Origin: Hydrurus foetidus
Taxonomy: Eukaryota
Direction of reading: 5' to 3'
Assembly: GCA_900617105.1 (NCBI GenBank)
Contig: UYFQ01000466.1
Span: 1 to 37,703, forward strand
DNA: 37,703 bases
The translations under genes and the position numbers were made by a program. Shown piece after piece: positions 20,517 to 31,535 of this stretch. A model generated the notes under the pieces. The model was not told where the DNA came from, made no database searches, and saw nothing but the letters and a program-made list of their open reading frames with translations. Positions within the stretch are counted from its first letter, which is position 1, and every line of letters begins with the position of its first letter.

Positions 20517-23082
20517 ATGTCTGCCGCCACACCTGCAACTCCTCCACCTCCTGATGAGGTAGAGTTGCCCGCCTCGCAGCGTTGGCTGCACTCAATGAGT
20601 CTATCCCATTGAACAGCTCGTTGTTTGCAAACAACTCGCTGACGATGCAATTCCAGAGTGAGGTGTTCGTGCTCAGACACAACTTCATTGATGAAGCTGA
20701 TGCCATTGAGTTCTACGAACAGGCTCAAGAGAAATCCCAACATGAAGCTGACTGATTGCATGCAGAAGCAGGCAATTGAACTATTGAATTTCGAAACTTT
20801 AGTCGACCCTGAATTCAACATCATCGATCGTCGGCTACGTTATGATTGGTTTACCATTCTGTCGGTGACTCAGGTAGCCACCCTGTAGTTAAGTACTTCT
20901 CGCCAAATAGTTTGGGGGAGTATACTTTGTCGGAGAGTTTCAGCCAAATTCCCTTCCACTACCAGATCGCTAACCACGATCATGAGAATGCCACATTCAT
21001 TCGTTACAGTGAACTTGTGAGCAACTATGAGAGGTTCAAGGACCCCCTGACTGAGATTCAGCATGCTGAGCTCATTCAGATCCTGGAGAAGCACCTAGCT
21101 AAGGGTAGTCAAATCCAACAAGACTACCTGAGAGCGAAAGCAGCTGACACCTCACCACCTAACACGTGGACGTGGTTAAAGAGAATGCTACGCATTGGTC
21201 AGGTTCTGGCTGAGGCTAGGTCAATGATGAACCTCATCAAGAGCTACGGCAACCCGGATGTGGTGTACTCGTTCCCTCCATCAGCCAATCCACCTGAGGT
21301 TGGTAAGATAGAGACAGGCAGAGCTAGTGTTAAGACACCCTCGCCAACTCCACCCGTGACGTCTAGATCACCCACAACGACTGTGGGTACAACAGGCTCG
21401 TATATTCTGACTCAGCATAGACTCACCGTCCGTGCGTCGACGGAAGTGCCGTTCGTACCAAATTTACTAGCGTGCCGCTCGTGCGGGTCTAAGTCGCACC
21501 TGTTGGGTGAGTGCCCTGTTCTGTATTACTCAGACTCCAACACAGACCATTCAGCTGATTGGGAGGATTCTACATTGGGGATGGCTTGGGCCGCGGTCGG
21601 GTTCACAGAATGGCAACAACATCTCGTACTCCCCGGATACGAAGATCGCGTTCTGTTACTCCCTAAGGATTCTAAACCCTACTTGATGTCTAACGACAAC
21701 AAGCACGCCAAAAATAGCCATGGTGGCGGTAACAACCCCAATGCCTCTGGTGGTTCAGATCGTTCCAACGAGGGACAAGGGGGGTACAACCAAAACCAGG
21801 GAAAGCAAGGTAACCAGGGAGGTGGTTACCATGGCAACCAAGGAGGGGGTAGAGGTAAGCAAAGGGGAGGATACAACCCCAATGCAAACCAAAACCAGGG
21901 TCGTGGATCCGGTGGCAGGGGAAACAAATACAACCCCCCACAGGGAAACAACCCTCCCTCCTCCTCCAGTTCAGGTCAGGATCAAGGTAAGAACCTTCGT
22001 TTTGATGACGTGGCTGCTGTCTTTGACGATGATACCCATAATCTGATGGATAGTCATGTTGAAGAACAGCCACATGTAATTGTTCGTGAAGAATTTTTGC
22101 ATGATCCATCTGTCCTTCCTTCTCACCACCTCAACGTAACTGTTATCGTGCAGGATAAAGAAAGGACAGGCCCGGCTAGCGAGCTGCGTGCCGTGGGGAA
22201 AGCTGTGCTGGACACCGCGAACTACTCGGAGGATTTCTTTTCTTTTACGATGTTAGAAAAATTTAACGCTACTCACCTCTGTTATCCTGCTCTTAAAGCC
22301 ATAACTGTTTGTAGCGGTCTTGATGGTCAATGCTATTTAAATGGCGAAATTTGCGATTTGAGAATCCTTTTTCATTCTTACGATGAAGAATGCCAGAGCA
22401 TCAGTTTACCCATGAGGGTGAACAGGAAAACCGAAATTGACATTTGTTTAACCGTAAAACGGTAAATAAATACGATTTTTGGTCCTTGACTCCTTTTGCT
22501 TTCGGCATCTCGCCAGAACTAAGCACGGAAAACAAACAAAAAATTGATGCACGCAAACGCGACTACGATAAGAAGGAAGCTTTGTTGAAACTTGATCCAT
22601 TGTTTCAACATAAATATACGCGTCGTATGATAGCGTTGGGTGCCGAACCTGATACAGCCGAAGTCGAGTCTATTACGCCTTACTACGATAAGCTAAAGTA
22701 TCCAGGCGGTAAACCATCCTCTAAAAAGAGGGAAACATATGGATTACAGGAGTATCCATATAAGAAGAGCGTATTGCATGGTCAATCTTCTTCGAAGAGC
22801 AACGTCTCTTGTGTCCATTCAATGTCGACATGTAACGATACCCAAAAGGATATTGAGGGAGTCGCGACCCAAAATTCCTGTGGTGATGTAAGTTGTGAGC
22901 GACTGAATAGTGTCACTCCTATTCTCGCAAAACGTACGGGTGATACACCGCACCTAGGTGGCGACCAGATTCCCACCCTTACACATACCTTTGGGGATTC
23001 TGATACCCCGACTATGTCACTGAGCCTTTATGGCCCAGTGGTGTCGCACTCTCAGTTGACGAGATTGACGATGGCAAGATAG
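20517..23082 (+). pseudogene. Gypsy-2 gag-protease region (frameshifted)
   Basis: CCHC knuckle CRSCGSKSHLLGEC, a G/Q/N-rich tail and protease-like AVLDTA. The start is uncertain. Confidence 0.8.
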
Positions 23083-24151
23083 ACACGTTCGCACCCTTCT
23101 TAGCTGAAAAACCTAGTCAAGATGACTTGCCCAAGGGGCCAGAGGATTTCCTCAAAGAGATTACCTTTGAAGGAGATGAAAGCTTTCAGAGGAAGCTCCG
23201 AGAGCTCTGTTCTGAATATTCAGACATTTTTAGTGATCAGTTAGCTGAGAAACCAGCGTCACTCAAACCTTTTGAGATTAACATCCCACTTGAGTTGTGG
23301 GAAAAAGACGAAAACCGTACGCCGGTACGTCCCCAGTCATCAACAAAAGAGGTTGCTCTTAAGGAGAATCTCGATGAGATGCTTGCGTCGGGAGTTATAG
23401 AGCGGTCAGATGCTGCTTATTACAGTCATCCTGTAATCGTAACTAAGTCACCCGGTAAATTTCGAACCTGCATCGATTACCGGCCACTTAATAAGTGCCT
23501 GACTCCCGCCTCTTTTCCCCTGCCGAATATCAAACATCTTTTTGAGAGGATCGGTAATAAAAAACCGGATATTTTTGGTGTGATGGATTTAACCGCGGGT
23601 TACCATCAGGCACCGTTACACCCCGCACATCGCATATTCACAGCATTCATATGCTTTGCGGGGGTATTTCAGTTTACGAGACTGCCCTTTGGTCCGTGTC
23701 GAGCCCCCTCTTACTTTCAAGAGCAGATGGTAACGGCGGTCCTCTATAGCCATATCTATCATTGTTGCGAGATATGTCTCGACGATTGCATAGTATATGG
23801 CAAGGGTGAAGCAGAGTTTCTTACAAACTTGAAGAAAGTCTTTGCAAGATTCAGGCTTAAGGGTCTTAGACTCAAAGCCAAAAAGTGTCGTTTTGGCCTC
23901 CCACGTATTGAATACTTGGGCAGAGTGGTTGACAAAGATGGTTTATCCATGTCAAAAGAGAAAATAGAAACAGTTTCAAAAGTTTCTATACCTAGGAATT
24001 TAACTTTACTCAGGTAATTTTCAGGTTTAGCAAACTATTTTAAACAGTTTGTACTTATGCATTCTTCTTTGGTGAAACCAATGCAAGATATAATAGATCA
24101 TTCTGCACCGAAATGTTCGGCCGTTGTATGGACTCAAGAGAGTACCAGCGC
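23083..24151 (+). pseudogene. Gypsy-2 reverse transcriptase, interrupted by an insertion after ..VVWTQESTSA
   Basis: RTCIDYRPLN, MDLTAGYHQ, LPFG, CLDD, KKCRFG..IEYLG. The stop at 24015-24017 lies in R*FSGLANY. Confidence 0.92.
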
Positions 24152-26014
24152 TGGGAGTGCTCATAAAACTCCCGCGCTGCATCCTGTCCAATAATGCCGG
24201 ACGCATTCACGTTGAGAACGTAAAGTACCGTTTGCAGTGCAATAGCGGATATAGGTCGGGAGCCATCATCCACAGCACGTCCACCCACTACAAGCGCTGT
24301 AGGGGTCGCACTGTGTGTGGCAACCTGTACCGCAGGTACGTTGATCGGTGACGTACGATCATGTATGTACCGTGGTATCGGCGGTCGTACTGGGTGCGCT
24401 GCATTGGGGTCGAGACCGCCCCCTGCAGTTCGGAACGCTGCTGTTTGCAGCTCGTAATCGATGATGCGATCCGTTGCGGGTAGCACCACGATGTCTGGAG
24501 GATCCAGGGGAAGTGGGGTAGGAACCCGAATTTCCCGTGGAATTTCCTGGATGACTCGTTGGGGTTGGGGGTTATAATCGGTGTCACCAGTAAACGTACG
24601 TACGTACGTAGGACGTTCCGGTGACCCTGGTGGAGAGGCTTGTCGCTTGCGTGACGTTGGACCCTCTTGAGGGGGTAACCCGCGTTTGCGAGGATCCGCT
24701 GTGCGGGTTACTGTCCCCACATCTTCGGGGATGCGCGTATCGCGACTCTCGAGCAATCTAGAGTTGTCGGTCACGCGTATGGACGCACGTGGAGTCGTAC
24801 GACTCTCAGTCGTACGTTCGTCCTCATATTGGTTTTCGTTGTACTGACGACTGTCAGTATTACGATTGCCTCTGTTCGAGGTATCATGTTGGCGACGATC
24901 GTCCCCTTGGTGATGGTCCCTGGGGGGACTGTCGTCGTAACCCTGTGGGGGTTCTCGACGGATTCTCCTGTTGGGGTTGTTATCTCCCTGACGGAAGTTG
25001 TCGTTGTTGTCGTCGCAATTCCGATTATCCCTTTGGATTATCACCGGAAGATCTCTGGTTTCCGATCCCTGTCGTCTTGTTGACGATTATCGCGACGCCC
25101 GTCATTCTGACGTGGGTTGTCGTCGTTGCGACGATTGTCGCTGTTGCGTCGATCGTCATATTGACGTCTGTTATCGTCATTGAATTGGGTGTTGTACCCG
25201 CGACGCCCTTCGTTGTCGTACTCGTGACTGTCGTCATTCTGACGGTAATTGTCGTTATAACGACGATTATCGCTCTGACGTTGATTGTCGTTGCGGCGAT
25301 CATCGTTATATTGACGTCCTCGTTATCGTAACGATTGTCGTTACGATGCTCCACGCAGGTTGAGTCATCGTAGTTACGACGATTATCGTTGTGACTTTGA
25401 TTGTCATCATTAAAACGCCGATAATCGTTGTTGTTTCGATAATCATCATTGTGTTGACGCTGATTAAAATCGTTGCGTTGACGGTTATCGTAACGATTAA
25501 CGTCACCACCGTCTTCGCTACCACTCTGTTGATAGAGCCACTCTGGAGTAGGCGGATAGTCGCCCGTTGCATCGTCGAAGGGATTATTTCGACGAGTTGA
25601 GTTGTTATAACTGTCGAGGCCCTGACGACGGAGATATCGTTGCGGGGGTGAATCTATACGGCGGCGAGGGTTTGTATCGCCGTCGTCATCATCCCGGTCA
25701 AGGTCGCTGTTGTGGCATGTCTGATGACGGTTTGCGTCTGACGAACGCAACGTGACATTGTCTTGTTGTCGCGTTGTGTGAACGTCGTCGTCGTCGTCGT
25801 TATGACGATTAGGCGGCGCCTGATTGGAACTGTTGGAAGGTCCCAGCATTGTTACTGGGAATACCGATCGATCAGTTCCATCAGACGCAGCTACTGCTGT
25901 CGGCGCTGTTGGTGTCGACTGAGTTTTTGAAATTGTCGTCGCTGCCGGAACTACTTGAGTAGTTAACTCGGCGAGCGACGGCGATATCTCCGAAGAGTCA
26001 TCGGATAACGGCAT
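24152..26014 (-). pseudogene. Gag-like N/D/R-rich low-complexity ORF, frameshifted and truncated
   Basis: The two 329-aa ORFs join through NDNR-type repeats via frameshifts and run into the insertion junction. Confidence 0.55.
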
Positions 26015-26213
26015 CGTTAAATGACTTATGTCTTGACAATTTTAAGTAGCGAGAGTCGCCAAAAAAAATTGCAAGGGCTTCGGCTCGTGCTGTTTGGATG
26101 AAAATCAAACAGACGATTAGGCGAAGTACAATAAGTCAAGTAAGGTCTGGACGGATGAATGAATCAATCCGTACAAAATGAGCCAGGATTGGGAGACTTG
26201 CTCGACCAACCAC

Positions 26214-26913
26214 GAGAACGGCGTGGAAGACAAAGCTATCCACGGACGTCGATCAAGCCAAGCTTGAAGCGAAATATGGGCAGAAGTGAACTGAGTTAAC
26301 TCTGCACAAAGATATGGGATTGCTGAGATGGAACTCGAGCAACCACAAGACAGTCAAGTATCGGGAGGTAAATCTCAATCCGAGTGACTAAGAGAACGGC
26401 GTGGAAGACAAAGCTATCCACGGACGTCGATCAAGCCAAGCTTGAAGCGAGAGCTGGGCAGAAGTGAACTGAGTTAACTCTGCACAAAGATATGGGATTG
26501 CTGAGATGGAACTCGAACAACCACAAGACAGTCAAGTATCGGGAGATAAATCTCAGCAATCCCATACTATTGTGTAGAGTTAAGACAGTAACTTATGCCC
26601 ATATTTCGCTTCAAGCCACGCTTGAAGCGAAATATGGGCAGAAGTGAACTGAGTTAACTCTGCACAAAGATGTAAAGTTATGAGATGGAACTCGAGCAAC
26701 TACAAGAGACAGTCAAGTATCGGGAGGTAAATCTCAATCCGAGTGACTAAGTGAACGGCGTGGAAGACAAAGCTATCCACGGACGTCAAAACGAAATATG
26801 GGCAGAAGTGAACTGGGCTAACTCTGCACAATGATATGAGATTGCCGAGATGAAACTCGAGCAACCACAAGAAAGTCAAGTATCAGGAGAGTTATCTCAA
26901 TTCGAGTGACTAA
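26214..26913. repeat. ~178-bp tandem repeat (about 4 copies) with an internal inverted segment
   Basis: Units start at 26214, 26392, ~26620 (partial) and ~26751. 26550-26616 is an inverted partial unit. Confidence 0.9.
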
Positions 26914-27093
26914 GTTTACAGCAACCAGACTTCGGAGACTTGCTCACAACAGTAAGAATTGCCCGTAAACGAGAATTTCGAATAAATTCGAGATTCTCCA
27001 CGCAGGGTAATCGGGAGAGTTAGGGCAGGAGGGTAGCGTAGAGGATGGTTGCTTAGAGTTGGAGGATAGGGTCTAAAGAAGAGAGTAGTCTAC

Positions 27094-27299
27094 TGTGACC
27101 TTGGAGGGCAAGAGAAGTCTAAAGGCTAAAAGGAGCTTGTTAGTTAGGGATGCAACAGAAGGTACGCTAGTAACTTCTGCAAAGCAGCACAAACTAGCTA
27201 GTGACTGATAGTCGTGGCTGTGAACACGAAGGTACTAAGGTGGAAACAGCATCTAATCGGCTGAATGGGGTAGCAGACCCTGAGGGAGCCACACCAACA
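27094..27299 (-). repeat. Candidate 206-bp 5' LTR of the nested element
   Basis: Minus-strand TGTTGG..GGTCACA. Length and downstream palindrome plus pyrimidine tract parallel the Gypsy-2 LTR. Single copy only. Confidence 0.55.
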
Positions 27300-27301
27300 G
27301 C

Positions 27302-28220
27302 TTTCACGACACACAGATTGCTATATCTCGTTGCCCATTAATGTACTTCATTGATGACAATAAACTGGATATACGGTTATATACAGACGTTTCTGATATT
27401 GGAATCGGCGGTGTTTATTTCCAGGTTGTTGATTCCATTTGGCAACCGATTGCTTTCATAAGCAAATCATTGACACCAACACAGATAAGGTGGTCAACGA
27501 TACATAAAGAGGCTTATGCCATTTTCTATTGTTGTACGCAACTCGATTATTTAATCAGAGACCGTACGTTCACAATCGATACAGATCATCTGAACATCAT
27601 GTATATGAAACAAAATCCTACCTCAATGGTAGCGAGATGGTTCATTGCAATGCAAGAACTTCACTTCACGGTGGTCTTCGTACCTGGCACGTCAAATGCT
27701 TTAGCCGACGCACTGTCGCGATTATGTCCTAACCTGACAGGAATTGCATTACTGTTAAGAACAACGGAATTGGAACTACTTCCAACTTCGTCTTCGTCGT
27801 TCACTGTGTCAGCTTTAACGGCAAATGTGCCACAATGCGTTTGTTGGTCACAATGGTGTAGATCGTACCCTTACTCGGTTGTTTAGTTTACAACAAGTTT
27901 GAAAAAACATGAAACAACATGTACGTACGTTCATACAGAACTGTCCGTGTTGTCAAAAGTTGAGTGCAAAAGATCTCAAGATCAACGCTCCTCACTTTGC
28001 AACGTCGAATTATGCTATCTTCGATACGCTCAATGTTGACTATATTAGTCACTCCGGTGACACAAAGAAACCAACAGCAATGTCATTCCAAGTCAAATGG
28101 CTTAATTACGATGACACTCATAATTCATGGGAGCCGTGGAAAAATCTACGGCTTTGTGAAGCACTCCATGACTACTTGAGGGACAATAAAATGAAACATT
28201 TTATCCCCAAGAATCTTTAG
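27302..28220 (+). pseudogene. Gypsy-2 RNase H, truncated integrase and chromodomain
   Basis: YTDVSDIGIGG, KEAYAI, TDHLN, ADALSR; CPCCQK..LNVDYI joined directly to SHSGD..VKWLNYDDTHNSWEPW. Confidence 0.9.
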
Positions 28221-28572
28221 GCATCAGTCTAAGAAGACTGATCTCGAACGTATTATCTTTTGAAGATTTTTCCTAATTTTCCCTCTATGGAGGTTTTATG
28301 GTTTTAGTCAGTAAAAATCTGACATAATTACGTATCGAGGCCTCGGGCAAATGTACTTACCTACTAGGCACCCACTTTATCTCTTCGACCGACCCACCAC
28401 AATATCTATTTTGTGTAGATTTTTATGCTATTTTTTTTTCATATAAATTTTTTCTTTTTAATCTTTTTCCTTTCTTTCTATAGTTATCATTAGATATATA
28501 TATTTTTGTACAAAAACGTGGTAGTCGCGTCATAGATTAATTTTCTTCGGAAACAGAGAGAAGTGGGGAAAA

Positions 28573-28779
28573 TGTGGTCGTACCGGGTATACCGAGCCTA
28601 CGGGCCGTACCGGACCTCGTCACGATCCACCCGATCCTTCCGCCTACAGTACACATACATCTCTAGCACTACTGCTAGATAGCTGCAGCCGACTCTCAGA
28701 AGTGTACCCTAGCTTCTAGCATAGAAACTGTAACTGACTATCACCTCTTCTACATCGACCTACTTCTATTCGGACTACA
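28573..28779 (+). repeat. 3' LTR of Gypsy-2 (207 bp)
   Basis: Preceded by the PPT AGAGAGAAGTGGGGAAAA; 205/207 identical to the 5' LTR. Confidence 0.95.
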
Positions 28780-29118
28780 CCATTGAGACAATTATCCACG
28801 ATGCTCTTGAGCCTAGTCTGTCGCTCTTCATCAGTTTCGATAGATTCATCCGGGAGGGCTTCAGCGAGTAAATCATCGTCGACCAAGAAATCATCGAAAG
28901 CATCTTCCGCAGCCAAATCCTCCATCTTCACGATTTTGTTGATAGATTGTGGCGATTCTGTAGATTAGAAGCTATTCGCGCAGTAGAAGGTATGTTGCTT
29001 TTGTATTTGCTTGGTTTAGTTTGCCTGGACCAAGAAATGAAAGCAGGCTCGACAAAACCAGACATTCAAAAGCACCGCTTTTGTTTTTTGGTCGTTTTTT
29101 TTCTGGTTTATCAGCCAT
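28780..29118 (-). pseudogene. Probable N-terminal part of the outer Harbinger ORF2
   Basis: MADKPEKKRPK.. and acidic MEDLAAEDAFDDFLVDDD..CLNG run into the LTR. Same strand as 16285-16697. Confidence 0.5.
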
Positions 29119-29217
29119 TTTCACTGTCGACAATTGTCGTATAGGTTCGCTGTTATAACTTATTAAGACTCTTACACGGGTATCGGCCCCTAACATTTTG
29201 AGTTTTTCGTTCCGCTG

Positions 29218-29348
29218 GTACGAAAAACTAGACCGACACTCACAGCCGTACGAAAAGTTAGACTGAATGTCACAGCGGTAAGAAAAAATAATTATTGACC
29301 GCTGTGAGTGTCAGTCTACCTTTTCGTATCGCTGTGAGCATCGGTCTC
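29218..29348. repeat. Subterminal ~30-bp repeats, two direct and two inverted (TACGAAAA..AGAC.GA...TCACAGC.G)
   Basis: Palindromic arrangement centred near 29288. Confidence 0.75.
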
Positions 29349-29837
29349 ACGGTGGATAAAGTAACGTTCGTACGCTCGACCATGAAACCTCAGCTCTTTA
29401 CGAAAAACGCCTCTGTTTTATGGTCTCGGTACGAAATTACTATTTCGTACCGGAGGTGCGAAAAGGATTCTGTAAGACTAAATACAAGATGTCACCTTCT
29501 AGCGTTCGCAGCGAAGGTGGAGAAGCAGCTGCAGGCTACTGTCTCAATTCAGTGAGCTATTGAGTAGACGAAGCTGTGAAGTACAACGTATTAAATTCTG
29601 TTTAGAGTTTACAGATAGCCACGCAAAAGAGCTATCGGAACAGTTCATGACAGTGAAACTACCTTGAGACAAAGTTCACAGCGAGATGTGTTGTTCATAG
29701 CATGTGCTTGAGGAACGTTGCATGAATGCTTATAGTAACGAAGTGTTTTGGGGATACTGAAGAATCATGAAAGGTGAATGTTCATTTGCGTGAGGTCAGA
29801 GGGTTCGTACTAACTGATACATGGCGATAGTACAGGG

Positions 29838-30303
29838 GTACGTATGCATGTATATGTATATGAACGTACAAACGTGAGTACTAACTGCTATATGGCGATA
29901 TTATAGGAGTACGTATGCATGTGTATGTGTAAGGACATACATGCGTAAGTACAGTGGTGCTTACGTATGTACGCCTATACATCTATGTACTACGCTATCG
30001 GCGATCGTACATATTATATATGTGCATACATGTGTAAGTACGTGTGTGTACGTATGCATATAATAGTTTGTACTAACATGTGCACGTACGTGTGTACGTG
30101 ACCTTACAAGTGTACGCTATGCTACATGCTTGCGTGCGTACGTACATACATATTGACTATGTACGTACATGTGTAAGTACATGCGCGTACGTATGCATAA
30201 ATGAGTATGCACTAACATGTGTAAGTACGTGTGTACGTGTGCATGTTATCATATCTGCATGTGTACTTACATACGTACGTGTCGCATAACGTACATGTAT
30301 ATA
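29838..30303. repeat. Degenerate alternating purine-pyrimidine simple repeat (TACG/TGCA/TGTA)
   Basis: Direct inspection; recurring ACATGTGTAAGTAC and TACGTATGCAT units. Confidence 0.85.
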
Positions 30304-30354
30304 TTTGTAACTATATTTGCAACTATAATACTACAGACATAGCTTGATAGAATC

Positions 30355-30459
30355 AAGTGGTCTAACAGATTCCTTTTCGACCCGCGTGTGAAAAAGGTGA
30401 AATCTGGCCGGAAGCTTATGACCGGAAAAGAGTCATTTTGAACCCCGAGGGATAAAAAA
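30355..30459 (-). repeat. Inverted copy of the 7841-7945 subterminal segment (end of a related element)
   Basis: Shared TTTTCCGGTCAT.AGCTTCCGGCCAGATTTCACC.TTTTCAC..GCGGGTCGAAAAG. Confidence 0.85.
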
Positions 30460-30739
30460 TGAATTGTCCCCGCGGATTATCCGGCGTTTAGGCCATTCCT
30501 TATGACGAGGGTAAAATACGTTTTTTTCGTAAAAAAACTGTATCGGTTCATCCTTATCTCACATTCTTTGTATAAAAATTCTTTTGCATCCTGTCAAAAA
30601 TCAAAACCTGTACAGTAGAATCAGGTTTCTACTGTACGCAAATCTCCTATACAACAGATGATACAATCCACAATCTGACTTCCTTTAAAGTCAAATATCT
30701 CCGCACTGCAGCAACCAAAAACCTTTCCTGATCTCAGCA

Positions 30740-31093
30740 ATGAATTCCTTGGGTGTCAATGACGTCAAGTCGAAACAATTCCTTCTGATAACGAAAGCTG
30801 GTCTCGCCGCAAGTCAATCAAAGGAGAAAGGCACGGTCAATATTGGACAGCAGATCCTCGCAGAGTTCACTGATACTGTCGAAGCTGTCTTCCTACCTCC
30901 TATCTTCCTGGGCTTCGATCGGAATGGATTTATGCGGACGAAGAACTACTTCATTAATGTGGCTCGACTCGATTTCAACGATTTGCGTACCGGCGCTACC
31001 ATCTAAAGGAAGTACAAGGAGATTAGATTGATTCTCATGAATGATTTCGCGCCTATATTGTCGGCGAGATTACCTGGAGGTATGCCTCCCTCA
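30740..31093 (+). pseudogene. ORF remnant of unknown function with an in-frame TAA, truncated by the LTR at 31094
   Basis: The 88-aa ORF continues past TAA 31004-31006 as RKYKEIRLILMNDFAP..LPGGMPPS. Confidence 0.45.
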
Positions 31094-31535
31094 TGTGGTC
31101 GGATCGGCTATACCGGGCCTACGGGCCGTACCAGACCTAGTCCCGATCCATCCGATCTTACCGCCTACTGTACACATACATCTCTAGCACAGCTGCTAGC
31201 TAGCTCTAGCCTACTCGTAGAAGTTTATCCTAGCTTCTAGCTTAGACCTGTAACTAACTATCACCTCCACTCTATCGACCTACCTTCTATCCGGACTACA
31301 ATAGCGCTATTCGTCCACTCTTCTCTCTGCTACTTCTTCTTCCATCTACTCGTCCCAATCTGTAGTTAAGACTTCTGAGCACCAGCTCAACGACTTCCGA
31401 GTCGCTTTCTGCTGCAGCCGTTGGCTCAGAGAACCCTAGTCTAAGTTAGAGAAAGTCAGGTTACCTGCTATCTTGGAATCCCCGTGCTTGGGCTCATCCG
31501 AACTTGGTATTCTCGGTCGAAGTTGATTTATCCTT
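31094..31535 (+). mobile_element. LTR (31094-31300) plus 5' UTR fragment of a Gypsy-2 relative
   Basis: 207-bp TGTGGTCG..CGGACTACA, diverged from the Gypsy-2 LTRs. The UTR aligns to 16905-17085 and then 20161-20210. Confidence 0.88.

Larger units (their letters stand above)
24152..27299 (-). mobile_element. 3'-truncated LTR-type element inserted antisense into Gypsy-2 pol (LTR, repeat-rich UTR, low-complexity ORF)
   Basis: Separates WTQESTSA from FHDTQIAISRCPLMYF. Begins TGTTGG on the minus strand at 27299. No pol remnant, so the family is unassigned. Confidence 0.7.
16698..28779 (+). mobile_element. Ty3/gypsy chromodomain LTR retrotransposon (Gypsy-2), defective, with two nested insertions
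   Basis: Paired 207-bp TG..CA LTRs, a PPT at ~28550-28572, and gag-PR-RT-RH-(IN)-chromodomain remnants. Confidence 0.92.
4191..29452 (+). mobile_element. Outer PIF/Harbinger-type DNA transposon expanded to ~25 kb by nested insertions
   Basis: 4191-4250 is an inverted repeat of ~29390-29452 (AAATAGTAATTTCGTACCGAGACCATAAAAC). The inverted similarity resumes at 7818-7843 vs 29358-29383 and ~7957-7980 vs ~29125-29149. The element encloses a convergent transposase and ORF2. No clean TSD. Confidence 0.65.

Noticed and set aside
24789..25600. Hydrophobic V/I/T-rich ORFs as membrane or Env proteins
   Set aside because: They are alternative-frame or antisense readings of the NDNR-coding repeats.
26214..26913. 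CRISPR-like array
   Set aside because: The units are ~178-bp whole-unit tandem repeats without unique spacers. The context is eukaryotic and no cas genes are present.
30080..30289. 69-aa ORF
   Set aside because: Artefact of the simple repeat.
7841..30459. A single element bounded by the 7841-7945 / 30355-30459 inverted pair
   Set aside because: It would cross rather than nest with the 4191-29452 element and has no TSD; more simply two related ends.
30604..30637. 11-bp hairpin as a Helitron 3' end or terminator
   Set aside because: No CTRR terminus at the expected distance and no other support.
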